Of a stretch of 64,000 nt of DNA, positions 1-9,887 are shown one piece after another. This stretch comes from an uncultured Opitutales bacterium (GTDB taxonomy: Bacteria > Verrucomicrobiota > Verrucomicrobiia > Opitutales > Seribacteraceae). Where the stretch lies: contig CALSMY010000018.1 of assembly GCA_943787575.1 (NCBI GenBank), positions 1,240-65,239 on the forward strand, in the 5' to 3' direction. The notes below the pieces were generated by a model, which had not been told where the DNA came from, did not search any database, and saw only the letters and a program-made list of their open reading frames with translations. The translations under genes and the position numbers were made by a program. Each line of letters opens with the position of its first letter. The stretch's first letter is position 1.

Positions 1-3
1 ATC

Positions 4-1188
4 ATGCAAGAAATATTGGATTCGGTCGACTCTTGGGATGGAAAAGTACTTACATATGTCAACAGGGAAGCGATTTCTGCGGGGGCTTACATTGCTATCG
101 CAACTCAAGAAATTGCTTTTGCCCCCTTTTCACAAATTGGAGCAGCAGAAGCTGTCAGTGGGGGCGGTGGTCAAATCGATCCATCGATGAAAAGAAAGAT
201 TAATTCCTACCTTAAGGCCAAAATTCGTAATTTTGCAGGACCATACAAATATCGTTCTTTAGTTATGGCAGCCATGATGGATGCCAATGTTAGTTTGATT
301 ATCGAAGGAGAAACCTTAAAGGCAGCGGATGGAACCCAAATCAAAAATCCCGGAGAACTCCTTACACTTACTGGTGAAGAGGCAATAAAGACTTATGGCG
401 ACCCACCTCAGTCCCTTTTGGGAATTGGAGTATTTGAGGACTTAGAAGACCTTCTGGATCAAAGGTGGGGCAAGGAAAACTATCAAATTATTCGCATGGA
501 AATTAATTGGGCAGAAAATGCAGGATTATGGTTAAATGGAATTGCTCCTTTGCTTTTAAGTGTTGGGTTAGTCCTGTTATTTATCGAATTTAAGACGCCC
601 GGGTTTGGGGTTTTTGGAATATTGGGCATTGGGTTTATTCTTATCTTTTTTGGATCAAAATATGTAGCCGGTCTTGCTGGCCAAGAAGAACTCCTTTTAT
701 TTCTGGTTGGATTCTGTTTGATCTTGGTTGAGGTCTTTTTAGCACCCGGATTATTTTTTCCCGCCCTACTAGGTTTGGCTCTTATGTTTGGTTCTTTGAT
801 TTGGGCAATGGTTGATATTTGGCCGGGTCAAGAAATCGACTGGTCTTTCGCTTTATTTCGTGTGCCTTTAGTTGAATTGGCTCAATCCTTCGGGCTTGCT
901 TTTATTTTGGGATATTTTGCGATAAAAATAATGGGAAAAACTCCCATGGGGAAGTCGATGCTTTTGGAAACCTCGGTGGGGAATCATAAATCAAATCAAC
1001 CAAGTGTATACATCGAGCCTAACAAAGTTGGAGTAACCGTATCGGAATTATATCCTGTAGGAAAGATCCAGATTGATGGGAAAACCTATGAAGCCCGTTC
1101 CGCTATTGGCAAAATTGAAAAGGGTCAACGGGTCAAAGTTATTAAGCAGACTGGCTACGAGATAGTAGTCGAAGAGATAACTTCTTAG
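4..1188 (+). CDS. nfeD: NfeD-family membrane-bound serine protease (ClpP-class domain, TM region, C-terminal OB-fold); probably 5'-truncated by the window edge
   Basis: AISAGAYIA Ser motif and IGAAEAV; hydrophobic IEFKTPGFGVFGILG block; C-terminal LYPVGKIQIDGKTYEARS; lies upstream of floA. Confidence 0.85.
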   Translation: MQEILDSVDSWDGKVLTYVNREAISAGAYIAIATQEIAFAPFSQIGAAEAVSGGGGQIDPSMKRKINSYLKAKIRNFAGPYKYRSLVMAAMMDANVSLIIEGETLKAADGTQIKNPGELLTLTGEEAIKTYGDPPQSLLGIGVFEDLEDLLDQRWGKENYQIIRMEINWAENAGLWLNGIAPLLLSVGLVLLFIEFKTPGFGVFGILGIGFILIFFGSKYVAGLAGQEELLLFLVGFCLILVEVFLAPGLFFPALLGLALMFGSLIWAMVDIWPGQEIDWSFALFRVPLVELAQSFGLAFILGYFAIKIMGKTPMGKSMLLETSVGNHKSNQPSVYIEPNKVGVTVSELYPVGKIQIDGKTYEARSAIGKIEKGQRVKVIKQTGYEIVVEEITS

Positions 1189-1190
1189 GT

Positions 1191-1655
1191 ATGATCAAAA
1201 TATTAGCCGCTCTCTTCTTTGGTTACCTATTGGTTGCCCTGGAGGCAATTGTACCCGGAGGTGTCTTGGGACTCTTGGGTTTTGTTTGTTTGTTAGCCTC
1301 TTCCTATTTTGCTCATTTAGAATACGGAGGATGGATGATTCCACTTATCGTTTTTTTAATTGGTGGGTTTGGTGGGGTTCTTTTGGTCTTTTATCAATTT
1401 AAGTGGCTGTCCCAAAGCAAATTTGGAAAGAATATGTTTGTTCATGCAACCAGTGGAGCAGTTAAAAAAGAAAAACTTTTGCAAGAATTGGTTGGTAAAA
1501 ACGGACATGCTGAAACGGATCACCACCCCGAAGGATTGGTTCGGGTTGATGATAAAACCTACGATTCCTTCTGTAGTTCAGGTTTTTTATCAAAAGGGGC
1601 AGAAGTTGAAATTATTAAAGCTGATGCCTTTCGCTTGATTGTTCGTCCGCTTTGA
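1191..1655 (+). CDS. Short NfeD-family protein (TM + OB-fold)
   Basis: LEAIVPGGVLGLLG TM motif; C-terminal LVGKNGHAETDHHPEGLVRVDDK. Confidence 0.8.
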   Translation: MIKILAALFFGYLLVALEAIVPGGVLGLLGFVCLLASSYFAHLEYGGWMIPLIVFLIGGFGGVLLVFYQFKWLSQSKFGKNMFVHATSGAVKKEKLLQELVGKNGHAETDHHPEGLVRVDDKTYDSFCSSGFLSKGAEVEIIKADAFRLIVRPL

Positions 1656-1703
1656 ATTTGTCTGCTTGAGTAAAGTTTAACCCATTACCTCTAAAATTAT
1701 ACA

Positions 1704-2696
1704 ATGAACGAATTAATATATTGGATTATTATCGGCCTACTTTTGATCGTGGGCTTGGTATTTTCACTTATCATCATCTCTTTCTTCAGTACCTGGCTAA
1801 AAGCATACCTAGCCCGCGCCCCTGTAAGTTTTGCAACCCTTTTGGCGATGCGTCTTCGTGGTGTCCCTGTCGGTTTGATCGTAGACGCAAGAGTTACCGC
1901 AGTTAAAGCAAATATACCTCTAGATACTGATCAGTTAGAGGCCCATTATTTAGCCGATGGAAATGTCGTGCAAACCGTGCAATCTTTAATCGCTGCATCA
2001 AAAGCAAGTATAGATCTATCCTGGGATCGTGCTTGTGCGATTGATCTGGCCACTCGTGGAACAAGCAAATCGGTTCTGGAAGCGGTTCGCACCTCAATCA
2101 ATCCCAAAATTATTGATTGTAAAATTGAGGGCCGTGACACCATTGATGGTGTAGCTAAAGACGGGATACAAGTTAAAGTACGGGCTCGAGTAACGGTTAG
2201 AAGTAATTTGGATCGTTATGTAGGAAGTGCTCAGGAAGAAACGGTCATTGCCCGCGTTGGTGAAAGCATTGTTTCCACCATAGGTTCGTCCGAAAATTAC
2301 AAGGTTGTCTTGGAGAATCCAAACCAGATCACTCAACAGGTGCTGAATAGAGGCCTTGATCAGGGTACGGCCTTTGAGATTCTTTCGATCGATATTGCAG
2401 ATGTAGATCTGGGTGAAAATCGAGGTGCAGCTCTTCGTTCTTCTCAAGCTTCCGCTGACAAGGAGGTTGCTCAGGCTCAAGCAGAAATTCGCAGAGCTGC
2501 AGCTGTTGCCTTGGAGCAGGAAAATAAAGCCAAAGTCCAAGAAATGCAGGCCAAGTTAGTCGAAGCAGAAGCACAAATTCCGCTTGCTATGGCCGAAGCA
2601 TTTCAAAAAGGCAACCTAGGGATTATGGATTATTACAGAATGCGCAACATTGAGGCGGATACAGAAATGAGAGAAAGTATCTCTAGCGATAAATAG
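1704..2696 (+). CDS. floA: Flotillin-like protein FloA (YqfA/UPF0365)
   Basis: [43 protein letters not shown] and [21 protein letters not shown] hallmarks. Confidence 0.92.
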   Translation: MNELIYWIIIGLLLIVGLVFSLIIISFFSTWLKAYLARAPVSFATLLAMRLRGVPVGLIVDARVTAVKANIPLDTDQLEAHYLADGNVVQTVQSLIAASKASIDLSWDRACAIDLATRGTSKSVLEAVRTSINPKIIDCKIEGRDTIDGVAKDGIQVKVRARVTVRSNLDRYVGSAQEETVIARVGESIVSTIGSSENYKVVLENPNQITQQVLNRGLDQGTAFEILSIDIADVDLGENRGAALRSSQASADKEVAQAQAEIRRAAAVALEQENKAKVQEMQAKLVEAEAQIPLAMAEAFQKGNLGIMDYYRMRNIEADTEMRESISSDK

Positions 2697-2732
2697 CACC
2701 ATTCTTCACCGTCTAAAAATAATTTATCTATT

Positions 2733-3227
2733 ATGCCTGATTTGCCTATAGATACCTTATTTATTGTAGGGCTTCTCATTGCTTCGTTTGTGGGCAAAAT
2801 GCTCGAAGGAAGAAAGAAAAAAGAGCGAGAAAGAAATAAAGGTACTCCTCGGGAGAGACCCTTCAATCAGGAACCGGTATCTGATTACGAGGATGCTGCT
2901 GATGAAAAAGGTCTGGGAGATTTGCTTAAAGAAGCTTTTGGGGAAACTATCGAGCCGATACCAGTGCGGACGAATGCCAAGGAAACGAGTGAGGAAACAG
3001 CCCGAGAACATGATTATAATTTAGCTGAACCTTTACCGCTGCCCTCGCAAACTTTAGAAAGAGTAACTCCTGATAAAAGTTGGGATGTTCTTGAACGAGT
3101 TGACCGAAACGAGACTCGGAATTGGCTTAAAAATGAGGGTCTTGGCTCGTCTCAATCCTTGCGCCGGTCTTTTTTGGTAAAAGTCCTGCTTGATAAACCG
3201 CCTGGATTAAAAAGATCTGGCTTCTGA
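2733..3227 (+). CDS. Hypothetical single-TM protein (positionally YqfB-like)
   Basis: N-terminal TM, charged linker, C-terminal SLRRSFLVKVLLDKPPGL; directly after floA. Confidence 0.6.
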   Translation: MPDLPIDTLFIVGLLIASFVGKMLEGRKKKERERNKGTPRERPFNQEPVSDYEDAADEKGLGDLLKEAFGETIEPIPVRTNAKETSEETAREHDYNLAEPLPLPSQTLERVTPDKSWDVLERVDRNETRNWLKNEGLGSSQSLRRSFLVKVLLDKPPGLKRSGF

Positions 3228-3385
3228 TTTTTACAGGAACTACCTTCCACCTTGGAAGCCTTCTTCTTTTCTTTAGCTTCAAGGCTTTTCCTTAAGCCTA
3301 CTTCCATGCAAGCTTGGTTCCATTGACATGTCTGAGGGAATTTACAAGACCCTAAAATACACCGCACTGTTTTATTTTTTTGCAC
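3152..3385 (-). CDS. Possible small Cys-rich protein
   Basis: GTG start; C-x4-C-x5-C-x5-C followed by a Lys-rich helix; fills the gap downstream of the TolC-like gene but overlaps the convergent gene by 76 nt. Confidence 0.35.
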   Translation of the reverse strand: MQKNKTVRCILGSCKFPQTCQWNQACMEVGLRKSLEAKEKKKASKVEGSSCKNQKPDLFNPGGLSSRTFTKKDRRKD

Positions 3386-3483
3386 TAATAATAAGCAATA
3401 TTCAACAAAAGTAAGCTATACAATATTTTAGAACTCCCAAAATCAATTTCTCTGTAAAGGCATTCGTAATAAACATGAGAAAT

Positions 3484-4866
3484 TTAGTCTAACCAGTTGA
3501 TACCAAGCCTCTCGGATAAGATAAGAAATGATTTCCAATAATTACTTCTATAATTAAGAGATGTTCTTTTACTTTCGTTTAAGCGGATCATTTCCTGGAT
3601 AAGATCAATTCTTGAGATCAATCCGGCTTGAAACTTTAGATCGGAAATTTGATAGGCTTTTATAAATTCATCCACTAAATTCTGCGATATTTTAAAATCT
3701 TCTACATTTGATTGATGATTAATAGTGGCCGTTTCAATTTCTTTAACTGCCCGTAAAAGAGAAGCCTTCCACTCTAGATCAATCATCTTTAGGGAGGCCT
3801 CATCTATTCTTAACTGAGTTCTTCGCTTAGGGCTTAATATGGGTAAGTCTATCACAGGTCCTCCAGAGAATTTCCATTGTTCGAATCCATCGGACAGGTC
3901 ACCACTCATTCCAATGCCAGAAAGGTTGAGGTTAAGAGAAGGATAAAGATTTAAGCGTGAGGCATTGATTCTATGTGCTTGTGCATATATCTTTAATTGG
4001 CCAGCAAGAATATCAGGTCTCCCCTGAAGCAATCTACTCGGTAGAAGAGAAGGTAAACTAGGTAAGGTTAATGATGAGAGGTTTGGAATTTCAGAGAGGT
4101 TCCCGTCAAGTGGTGAACCCAGAAGCGTTCCTAGTTGTATCATACAGATATCGAGATCTTGTTTGATCCGATTATGTTCTAAAACTTGTAATTTGATTTG
4201 TGTCTCCATTTTAATCAAACTGATGTTATCGTCTAATCCTGCATTATATTTATGTAGATGCAAAATGTGTGCTTCGTGATGGTCTCTAATTTGTCTGGTT
4301 GCTATGGCCAGTTCTTCCTTCAGGAAACATGCCATAAGCCATCGTTCAGTAATGCTGTAAATCAATTTTAGTTTTGCTCCTTCGAGTATATGCTTTTCAG
4401 CCTCAATAAATTTAGCAGATTCTTTTTTACGTTCATTCCACTTGCCCCATAAGTCTACCTCCCATCCATACATAGCACTGGATTCCCATCGAGGAGTTCG
4501 GGAAGTTTGAAAATTGGTTATTTTGGACTTTTCCTGTCCTTGGTTCAATCCGATGGACCCTTTCGAAAGAGGTTTGGAACCATCAGTTCGAAAACCAGAT
4601 TTTGATTTTGCTAAATCGAGCTTTGCTAATTTTGCATGCCAAGAAGGATTTTCTTTAAGAGCTTTTAGAATGAGATCGTGAAGATCCCTATTCTTAATCG
4701 TGGATTGAAAGCTAAGTTCCAGTGACACATTGTTGTCTTCCGTACTTAGACTAAATTGATGATTATAATTTAACTTCGATTCAGGAGAATACTTTAAATC
4801 ATCATTTTTATGATTTACACAACTACTTACCAACCAAATGAATAAAAAATATAAATAAAACCTCAT
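3484..4866 (-). CDS. TolC/NodT-family outer-membrane efflux lipoprotein
   Basis: Lipobox-like VSSC; WEVDLWGK, LPSRLLQGRPDI and LYPSLNL OEP motifs. Confidence 0.85.
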   Translation of the reverse strand: MRFYLYFLFIWLVSSCVNHKNDDLKYSPESKLNYNHQFSLSTEDNNVSLELSFQSTIKNRDLHDLILKALKENPSWHAKLAKLDLAKSKSGFRTDGSKPLSKGSIGLNQGQEKSKITNFQTSRTPRWESSAMYGWEVDLWGKWNERKKESAKFIEAEKHILEGAKLKLIYSITERWLMACFLKEELAIATRQIRDHHEAHILHLHKYNAGLDDNISLIKMETQIKLQVLEHNRIKQDLDICMIQLGTLLGSPLDGNLSEIPNLSSLTLPSLPSLLPSRLLQGRPDILAGQLKIYAQAHRINASRLNLYPSLNLNLSGIGMSGDLSDGFEQWKFSGGPVIDLPILSPKRRTQLRIDEASLKMIDLEWKASLLRAVKEIETATINHQSNVEDFKISQNLVDEFIKAYQISDLKFQAGLISRIDLIQEMIRLNESKRTSLNYRSNYWKSFLILSERLGINWLD

Positions 4867-4893
4867 TGCGGAATATAGAAATATATTTAAATA

Positions 4894-5436
4894 TTATAGG
4901 AGTTCAATTTGCTGAGCATTTAAAAGCATCGCAGGTGGGATTGATTGTGAGTCTATTGTTCCAAGTACTTTGATTTTTCTCCCTGGTTTCAACCCCTTTA
5001 CTCCTTTAAGCGTACCTCTGAGTAAATTGGTATGTTCGTCTACTACTTGGATACTAATTGTAGAGGATAAAATTCTCTTTCTATCTTCACAACAAGCATC
5101 CCATGGAGTTGGGCAATGATGAGTATCTATCTCGTCACAAGCCTTAATCGAGTCATCACATAGAATAAAACTGGCCCTTCCTGCAGTAAAAGGCTCTCTG
5201 CGTCCTCCTATAAAACCGTTTATAACAATAATTTCCCCTGAATTAGCTCTCTTTTTTGCCTCAACGACTGACAAGGAGTCTCCAAGGTTTTGATTAGTAA
5301 TGAAATCCACTGGTAAGTTTGCCTTTAAAGTAAACCTTTTCTTTTTTTCATTCTCACCATTTTCCATTCCGCAATTGCAGATTAAAAATATTGAAATTAA
5401 TAGTATGATAAATTTTAAGGATGTTTTCATATTCAT
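4894..5436 (-). CDS. Uncharacterised Cys/His-rich lipoprotein (HHCPTPWDACCED motif)
   Basis: Signal peptide with lipobox-like ICNC; beta-rich, OB-fold-like pattern; Cys cluster. Confidence 0.75.
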   Translation of the reverse strand: MNMKTSLKFIILLISIFLICNCGMENGENEKKKRFTLKANLPVDFITNQNLGDSLSVVEAKKRANSGEIIVINGFIGGRREPFTAGRASFILCDDSIKACDEIDTHHCPTPWDACCEDRKRILSSTISIQVVDEHTNLLRGTLKGVKGLKPGRKIKVLGTIDSQSIPPAMLLNAQQIELL

Positions 5437-5451
5437 TTATTAACGATGTAA

Positions 5452-6600
5452 TTAAGAAGATCTAAGTGTTTCTGGTAAAGATTTACGCAAGCAATTCCAT
5501 GCTGGGGGTAAACCCCCGAGTACTCCTAGGATAATTCCAGTTCCCAACCCAAGTACTAATATGGGAGAATTAAAGTCTAAAATAAATACACCTATAGAAA
5601 AAGGAAATGCGATATCTTGAAGCATTCCTAGAACAATTAAAAATGAACAAATTGATCCAATAAACCCAGTAACGCAGGATTCTTGGATCAAGCTCAATAG
5701 TATTGCTTTTCTGGTAAATCCAATTGCTTGCATAGCTCCAAATTCCTGAATTCGAGCAGAAAATGCGGCATACAGAGTATTTAGACCACCAAATAAAGCA
5801 CCTATAGAGAGGAGAATTGCACAAAGCCATGCCATCCATCGTATAGGTGCGTAAAATCTCGACATTTTTGCGTAATATTGAGTTTCTTGAATCGCAACCA
5901 ATTCCAAGTCTAATCTTTGTTTTGTAAACGCATCTAAATCAGGAATGAAGTCGGTACTCGCGAGGGCTACTACGACACAGGATAGTTTGTCTCTTTGCGT
6001 ATAAGTCATCAGATCCTGAAGCGGTACCCAAACTTCAGCTTCCATAACTGTTCCAATCGCGTCAAAAACTCCGGAAATTTTCAATTCTTCTCCACTTAAT
6101 TCCACCATTTTTCCGACTTGGAGAGCCGAATTTTCTAGACCAAGTTTGTGGTGTGCCAATCTGCCAATCATTATTTCTCCAGATTCTGGAAAGCGGCCTT
6201 TTAAAATCCGGATACCTTTGTGTACCCATAAGGCTTCATGGCGTACCCCTCTAACTAAAGCCTGAGACTTTATTCCATTATTATTGAGGATTCCGTTGAA
6301 ATGAATTTCCGGAGAAATTGCAGGCTTTTCCATAGTCTGAATGATTCCGGGAATAGAACCAGCTACAATTTGATCCAAACCACTCTGAACTTCACTTCGT
6401 TCCACACTTTCTTCACTTCCAGCACCTAGAAGGATGACATTTCTCGAGTCTCCGGTTTGGGCAAGAGTACGCTCCATAGCTTGGTTCATAGATGCAGCAA
6501 GCATGACCAGTATTACAACTAATGAACTTCCGCTAATCAATTGAACTGATTGGCCGGGTCTGCGCAGAAGGTTTCTGCAGGAGTAGATAAAAGGAATCAT
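5452..6600 (-). CDS. ABC transporter permease, MacB/FtsX family
   Basis: Start moved to ATG 6600 (MIPFIYSCRNLLRRP); RIQEFGAMQAIGF FtsX motif; C-terminal GGLPPAW. Confidence 0.88.
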   Translation of the reverse strand: MIPFIYSCRNLLRRPGQSVQLISGSSLVVILVMLAASMNQAMERTLAQTGDSRNVILLGAGSEESVERSEVQSGLDQIVAGSIPGIIQTMEKPAISPEIHFNGILNNNGIKSQALVRGVRHEALWVHKGIRILKGRFPESGEIMIGRLAHHKLGLENSALQVGKMVELSGEELKISGVFDAIGTVMEAEVWVPLQDLMTYTQRDKLSCVVVALASTDFIPDLDAFTKQRLDLELVAIQETQYYAKMSRFYAPIRWMAWLCAILLSIGALFGGLNTLYAAFSARIQEFGAMQAIGFTRKAILLSLIQESCVTGFIGSICSFLIVLGMLQDIAFPFSIGVFILDFNSPILVLGLGTGIILGVLGGLPPAWNCLRKSLPETLRSS

Positions 6601-6604
6601 GCAA

Positions 6605-7768
6605 TCAGCTTGTTTTGAGGCTTTCCTGGATGGAGGATTTGCTACCTTGCCAAGCTGGGTAAAGACCAGCAATTACTCCCATCCCAAGAGAGGCAAAAAT
6701 GCCTCGAAAAACCACTTCACCAGATGGGACGAAAGCCAAAACTAATCCTTCGTTTCCTATCGAAACACCTTGGTAATGAAGAAAGCAATAGGACGCAAAA
6801 ATACCCAAAAAGCCACCAAGCCCAGAAAGTAAAACACCTTCTGCAAGAATCATCCAACCAATCATTACCTTGGAATACCCCAAGGTTTTGAGAACGGCAT
6901 GTTCGGATATTTTTCCTCTCACTGTGAGCAGGATGGAGTTAGCTATCAGTCCCACGACCGCACAAACACAAGCAAGACCAATCCACCTAGAAAACCGTAT
7001 AAGTTCGATGAGTTCGGTCGCGGTATTGGCAAAAAAAGCCTTCTCAGGCTGGGTGGAGGTGGGCTCAGTGTCGCTTTTAAACCTTTGGTCAATAGCATGA
7101 GATACGCTCTTTATTAAAGAGGAATCATTTACCTTTACGTTGAATTGTGTGACCACGCCCAAACCGATTTTCGAAGCCTGTTGAAGAAAAGGCAGGTGAA
7201 CAAAGGCTACATTGTCATTTTGTGAACTATCTTCAGCCTCGACGACGCCACTGACCGAAACTGTTATTCCAGCCGCGTCAAATAGATCACCTACATTCAA
7301 TTTTCTTCTTTTGGCTAGGTTTTTTCCTATGAGAGCTCCATCATCTCTTTTTTGCCAGGTTTCCCATGAACCTTTCAACATTTTGATTTCACCATTTTTG
7401 TCCTTAAAAGTGTCACTAGGTACACCTCGGAAAACGACCACGTCCAAACTGGTGCCACAATTATTAACTACGATTTGAATGGGAATAACCGATTTTACTC
7501 CTGGTAATTTAGCTATTTCGTTTTTGTAATGTTCGGGCAGCCGGCTGGTTGCTGGGCAAAATCTGTTTTCTCGATACACAACGAGCGTGGTGTCATCAGC
7601 GTTTGAAACTGTGGCTGTTTGAAGGGAACCTTGCATAGTTTCAACCGAAGCAAACAAAAACATACCGGTTGCCACACCCAGTAAAGTTAGAAAAGAGCGA
7701 GTGCGGTTTCTTAAGGCCTGTTTGCAGGATAACGAGGCTATATTCAAAAGGATAAAAAACAGTTTCAT
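6605..7768 (-). CDS. ABC transporter permease, MacB/FtsX family
   Basis: RNRTRSFLTLLGV; EHAVLKTLGY; AGLYPAWQ. Confidence 0.88.
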   Translation of the reverse strand: MKLFFILLNIASLSCKQALRNRTRSFLTLLGVATGMFLFASVETMQGSLQTATVSNADDTTLVVYRENRFCPATSRLPEHYKNEIAKLPGVKSVIPIQIVVNNCGTSLDVVVFRGVPSDTFKDKNGEIKMLKGSWETWQKRDDGALIGKNLAKRRKLNVGDLFDAAGITVSVSGVVEAEDSSQNDNVAFVHLPFLQQASKIGLGVVTQFNVKVNDSSLIKSVSHAIDQRFKSDTEPTSTQPEKAFFANTATELIELIRFSRWIGLACVCAVVGLIANSILLTVRGKISEHAVLKTLGYSKVMIGWMILAEGVLLSGLGGFLGIFASYCFLHYQGVSIGNEGLVLAFVPSGEVVFRGIFASLGMGVIAGLYPAWQGSKSSIQESLKTS

Positions 7769-8448
7769 TTACTTTGCAAAAGTTTGCCTTTTTCCAACTC
7801 AAGCAACCGAGATGCTCGGGCTGCAGCTTTCGGGTCGTGAGTAACCATAACAATGGTTCTTTTTTGTACTTCGCTTAAGGATTGCAACAGATCGAGAATT
7901 TCGTCCGCCGACTGCCGGTCTAAATCCCCAGTTGGTTCATCAGCAACAATTAATGAAGGGTCGGTTACTAGAGCCCGAGCAATGGCTACCCGTTGTTCTT
8001 GACCCCCAGAAAGTTCATTAGGCCGATGATTCATTCGATCAACCAGTCCAACTTGTTCCATTACTGCTTCAACGCGGGCTCGGCGCTCTTTCTTCTTCAT
8101 TGAGTGGATCAATAAGGGAAGCTCGACATTTTCATAAGCGCTAAGAACCGGAAGTAAATGGTAGAGTTGAAAAATATAGCCAATGTTACGGGAACGCCAA
8201 CTTGTAAGCTGATCGCGATTCATTTGGTCCAGTTGAGAATCTCCAATTCGAAGACTTCCAGAAGAGGGAGAATCCACCCCCGCAATGATATTTAGCAAAG
8301 TAGTTTTTCCACTGCCTGAGGGTCCCATCAAGGCAATAAATTCAGCAGGAAAAACCTCCATACTTAAACCTGCAAGAGGAGTAATGGACTGTTCGCCCTT
8401 GCGGTACTCTTTGGTTAATCCCAGTGCTTCAATGTAAGAATGTTTCAT
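7765..8448 (-). CDS. ABC transporter ATP-binding protein (LolD/MacB-like)
   Basis: Walker [10 protein letters not shown]; signature [15 protein letters not shown]; Walker B IVADEPTG; VTHD. Confidence 0.95.
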   Translation of the reverse strand: MKHSYIEALGLTKEYRKGEQSITPLAGLSMEVFPAEFIALMGPSGSGKTTLLNIIAGVDSPSSGSLRIGDSQLDQMNRDQLTSWRSRNIGYIFQLYHLLPVLSAYENVELPLLIHSMKKKERRARVEAVMEQVGLVDRMNHRPNELSGGQEQRVAIARALVTDPSLIVADEPTGDLDRQSADEILDLLQSLSEVQKRTIVMVTHDPKAAARASRLLELEKGKLLQSK

Positions 8449-9821
8449 TGGAATTTGGAAATTTTAATCCGGTCGCCAGATTTTAGGGAAGATGGTGGGT
8501 TGAGAATGATGAGGTCCCCCGCATTTAGGCCAGAAATAACAGATATGTATTGATTGTTAATTTCATTACCAAAACGAACTTTCCGTAATTCTGCACTTCT
8601 GCCATCTGCCCCAATTATCCAGAGTTCTTTTATTGATTGATTATTTTCAGGCTTCAGTGTGAAAGGTACAAAAACGCCGAGACTGTTTGCAGAGTTTTTA
8701 CTTTTTGAGTTTTCTGTATCTAATAAAAATTTAGCTCGGCAGAGCATTTCCGGCCTTAGTCTGTCATCTGGGTTCAGAATCCGAACTTTTACCTGAAGTG
8801 TATTTCTTTGCAGGTCTGCTTCACCAGAGATTCGAGTTAATATTCCCTCAAATTTTAGCTCTGGTAAAATAGAACAAACGATTTCAACTTTTTGGTTTAA
8901 TGAAAGTTTGGAGGCGTCCGCAAGTGGGACGTCAATACGTGCTTGTAGTTTGTCTGCCTCAAAAATAATCAAAGCGGTGGATGAATCAGGGGCATCCATC
9001 TGTCTCATCAATCTTTTCCCGGGACTTGCTAAAAGCTTTAAAACCACTCCGTTAATGGGTGAAAGAATTAGGGTGCGGTTAAAGTCTAACTCAGCCTTTT
9101 CCCAAAGAATTTTCCGGGATTCAGTTATGCTTCTTAATGAATTTAACTGGTTGGACAAAAGCTCGATTCGTCCCTCGGATTCCTCGACATTGGCCGTTGC
9201 TCCCTGTGTGGAAAATTTGAGGCTTTCTGCTTTTTTTCTAGCTTGGTATAGGTCGGCTGATGGCACTGCACCGATTGGTAGAGACTCCAGGCGATTAAAG
9301 TAATCAATTTGCTCCTCCTGAATGGCTTTATGTTGGTTAAGTATGTTGTTGGCCTTTTTTAGTGAAGATTTACTTAACTTAATTTCGCTAAAAAGTTCAG
9401 CTTCTTTGAAATTAGCCTCATCTAGTTGGGCCTGCGCAAACTTAAGAGCTAGGCGAGCATCGTCATTTACAAGAGAGACCAACTTCTGGCCTTTTTTGAC
9501 GGTATCACCCTCAAGAACAAATACCTCATTTACGATCCCGTCATACAAAGAGGGAACTCGTTTCGGGTAAGGGTCGGGTTCGATCCATCCGCTAGCTTGA
9601 AACAGAACTGTTGTTTCATTTGTAGCATCTACTCTACTGCGGTTTGTTTCTTCAATGGGGTGAAGAATAGCCTTGGTTACAACAACAGCTTTTTCATCCC
9701 CAAAGCCACAACCTGCTAGGGCAATTAGAAGAGGACAGGTTATAATTGAACTGTAAGTGTAGATTGACTTTTTGAGGGTCTTGATTCGAAAACCACAAAA
9801 TTTATTATCTGGATATTTCAT
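8445..9821 (-). CDS. Efflux periplasmic adaptor (membrane fusion protein)
   Basis: ASGWIEPDP; EGDTVKKGQKL lipoyl half-motif; coiled coil; LRPEM; lipobox-like LAGC; exact start uncertain. Confidence 0.88.
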   Translation of the reverse strand: MKYPDNKFCGFRIKTLKKSIYTYSSIITCPLLIALAGCGFGDEKAVVVTKAILHPIEETNRSRVDATNETTVLFQASGWIEPDPYPKRVPSLYDGIVNEVFVLEGDTVKKGQKLVSLVNDDARLALKFAQAQLDEANFKEAELFSEIKLSKSSLKKANNILNQHKAIQEEQIDYFNRLESLPIGAVPSADLYQARKKAESLKFSTQGATANVEESEGRIELLSNQLNSLRSITESRKILWEKAELDFNRTLILSPINGVVLKLLASPGKRLMRQMDAPDSSTALIIFEADKLQARIDVPLADASKLSLNQKVEIVCSILPELKFEGILTRISGEADLQRNTLQVKVRILNPDDRLRPEMLCRAKFLLDTENSKSKNSANSLGVFVPFTLKPENNQSIKELWIIGADGRSAELRKVRFGNEINNQYISVISGLNAGDLIILNPPSSLKSGDRIKISKFQ

Positions 9822-9887
9822 TGTTTGATAAATTGACTTAATCGAAAGTGATCCAACATTCGGATGCACTTATTAAGAAAATTTGAA

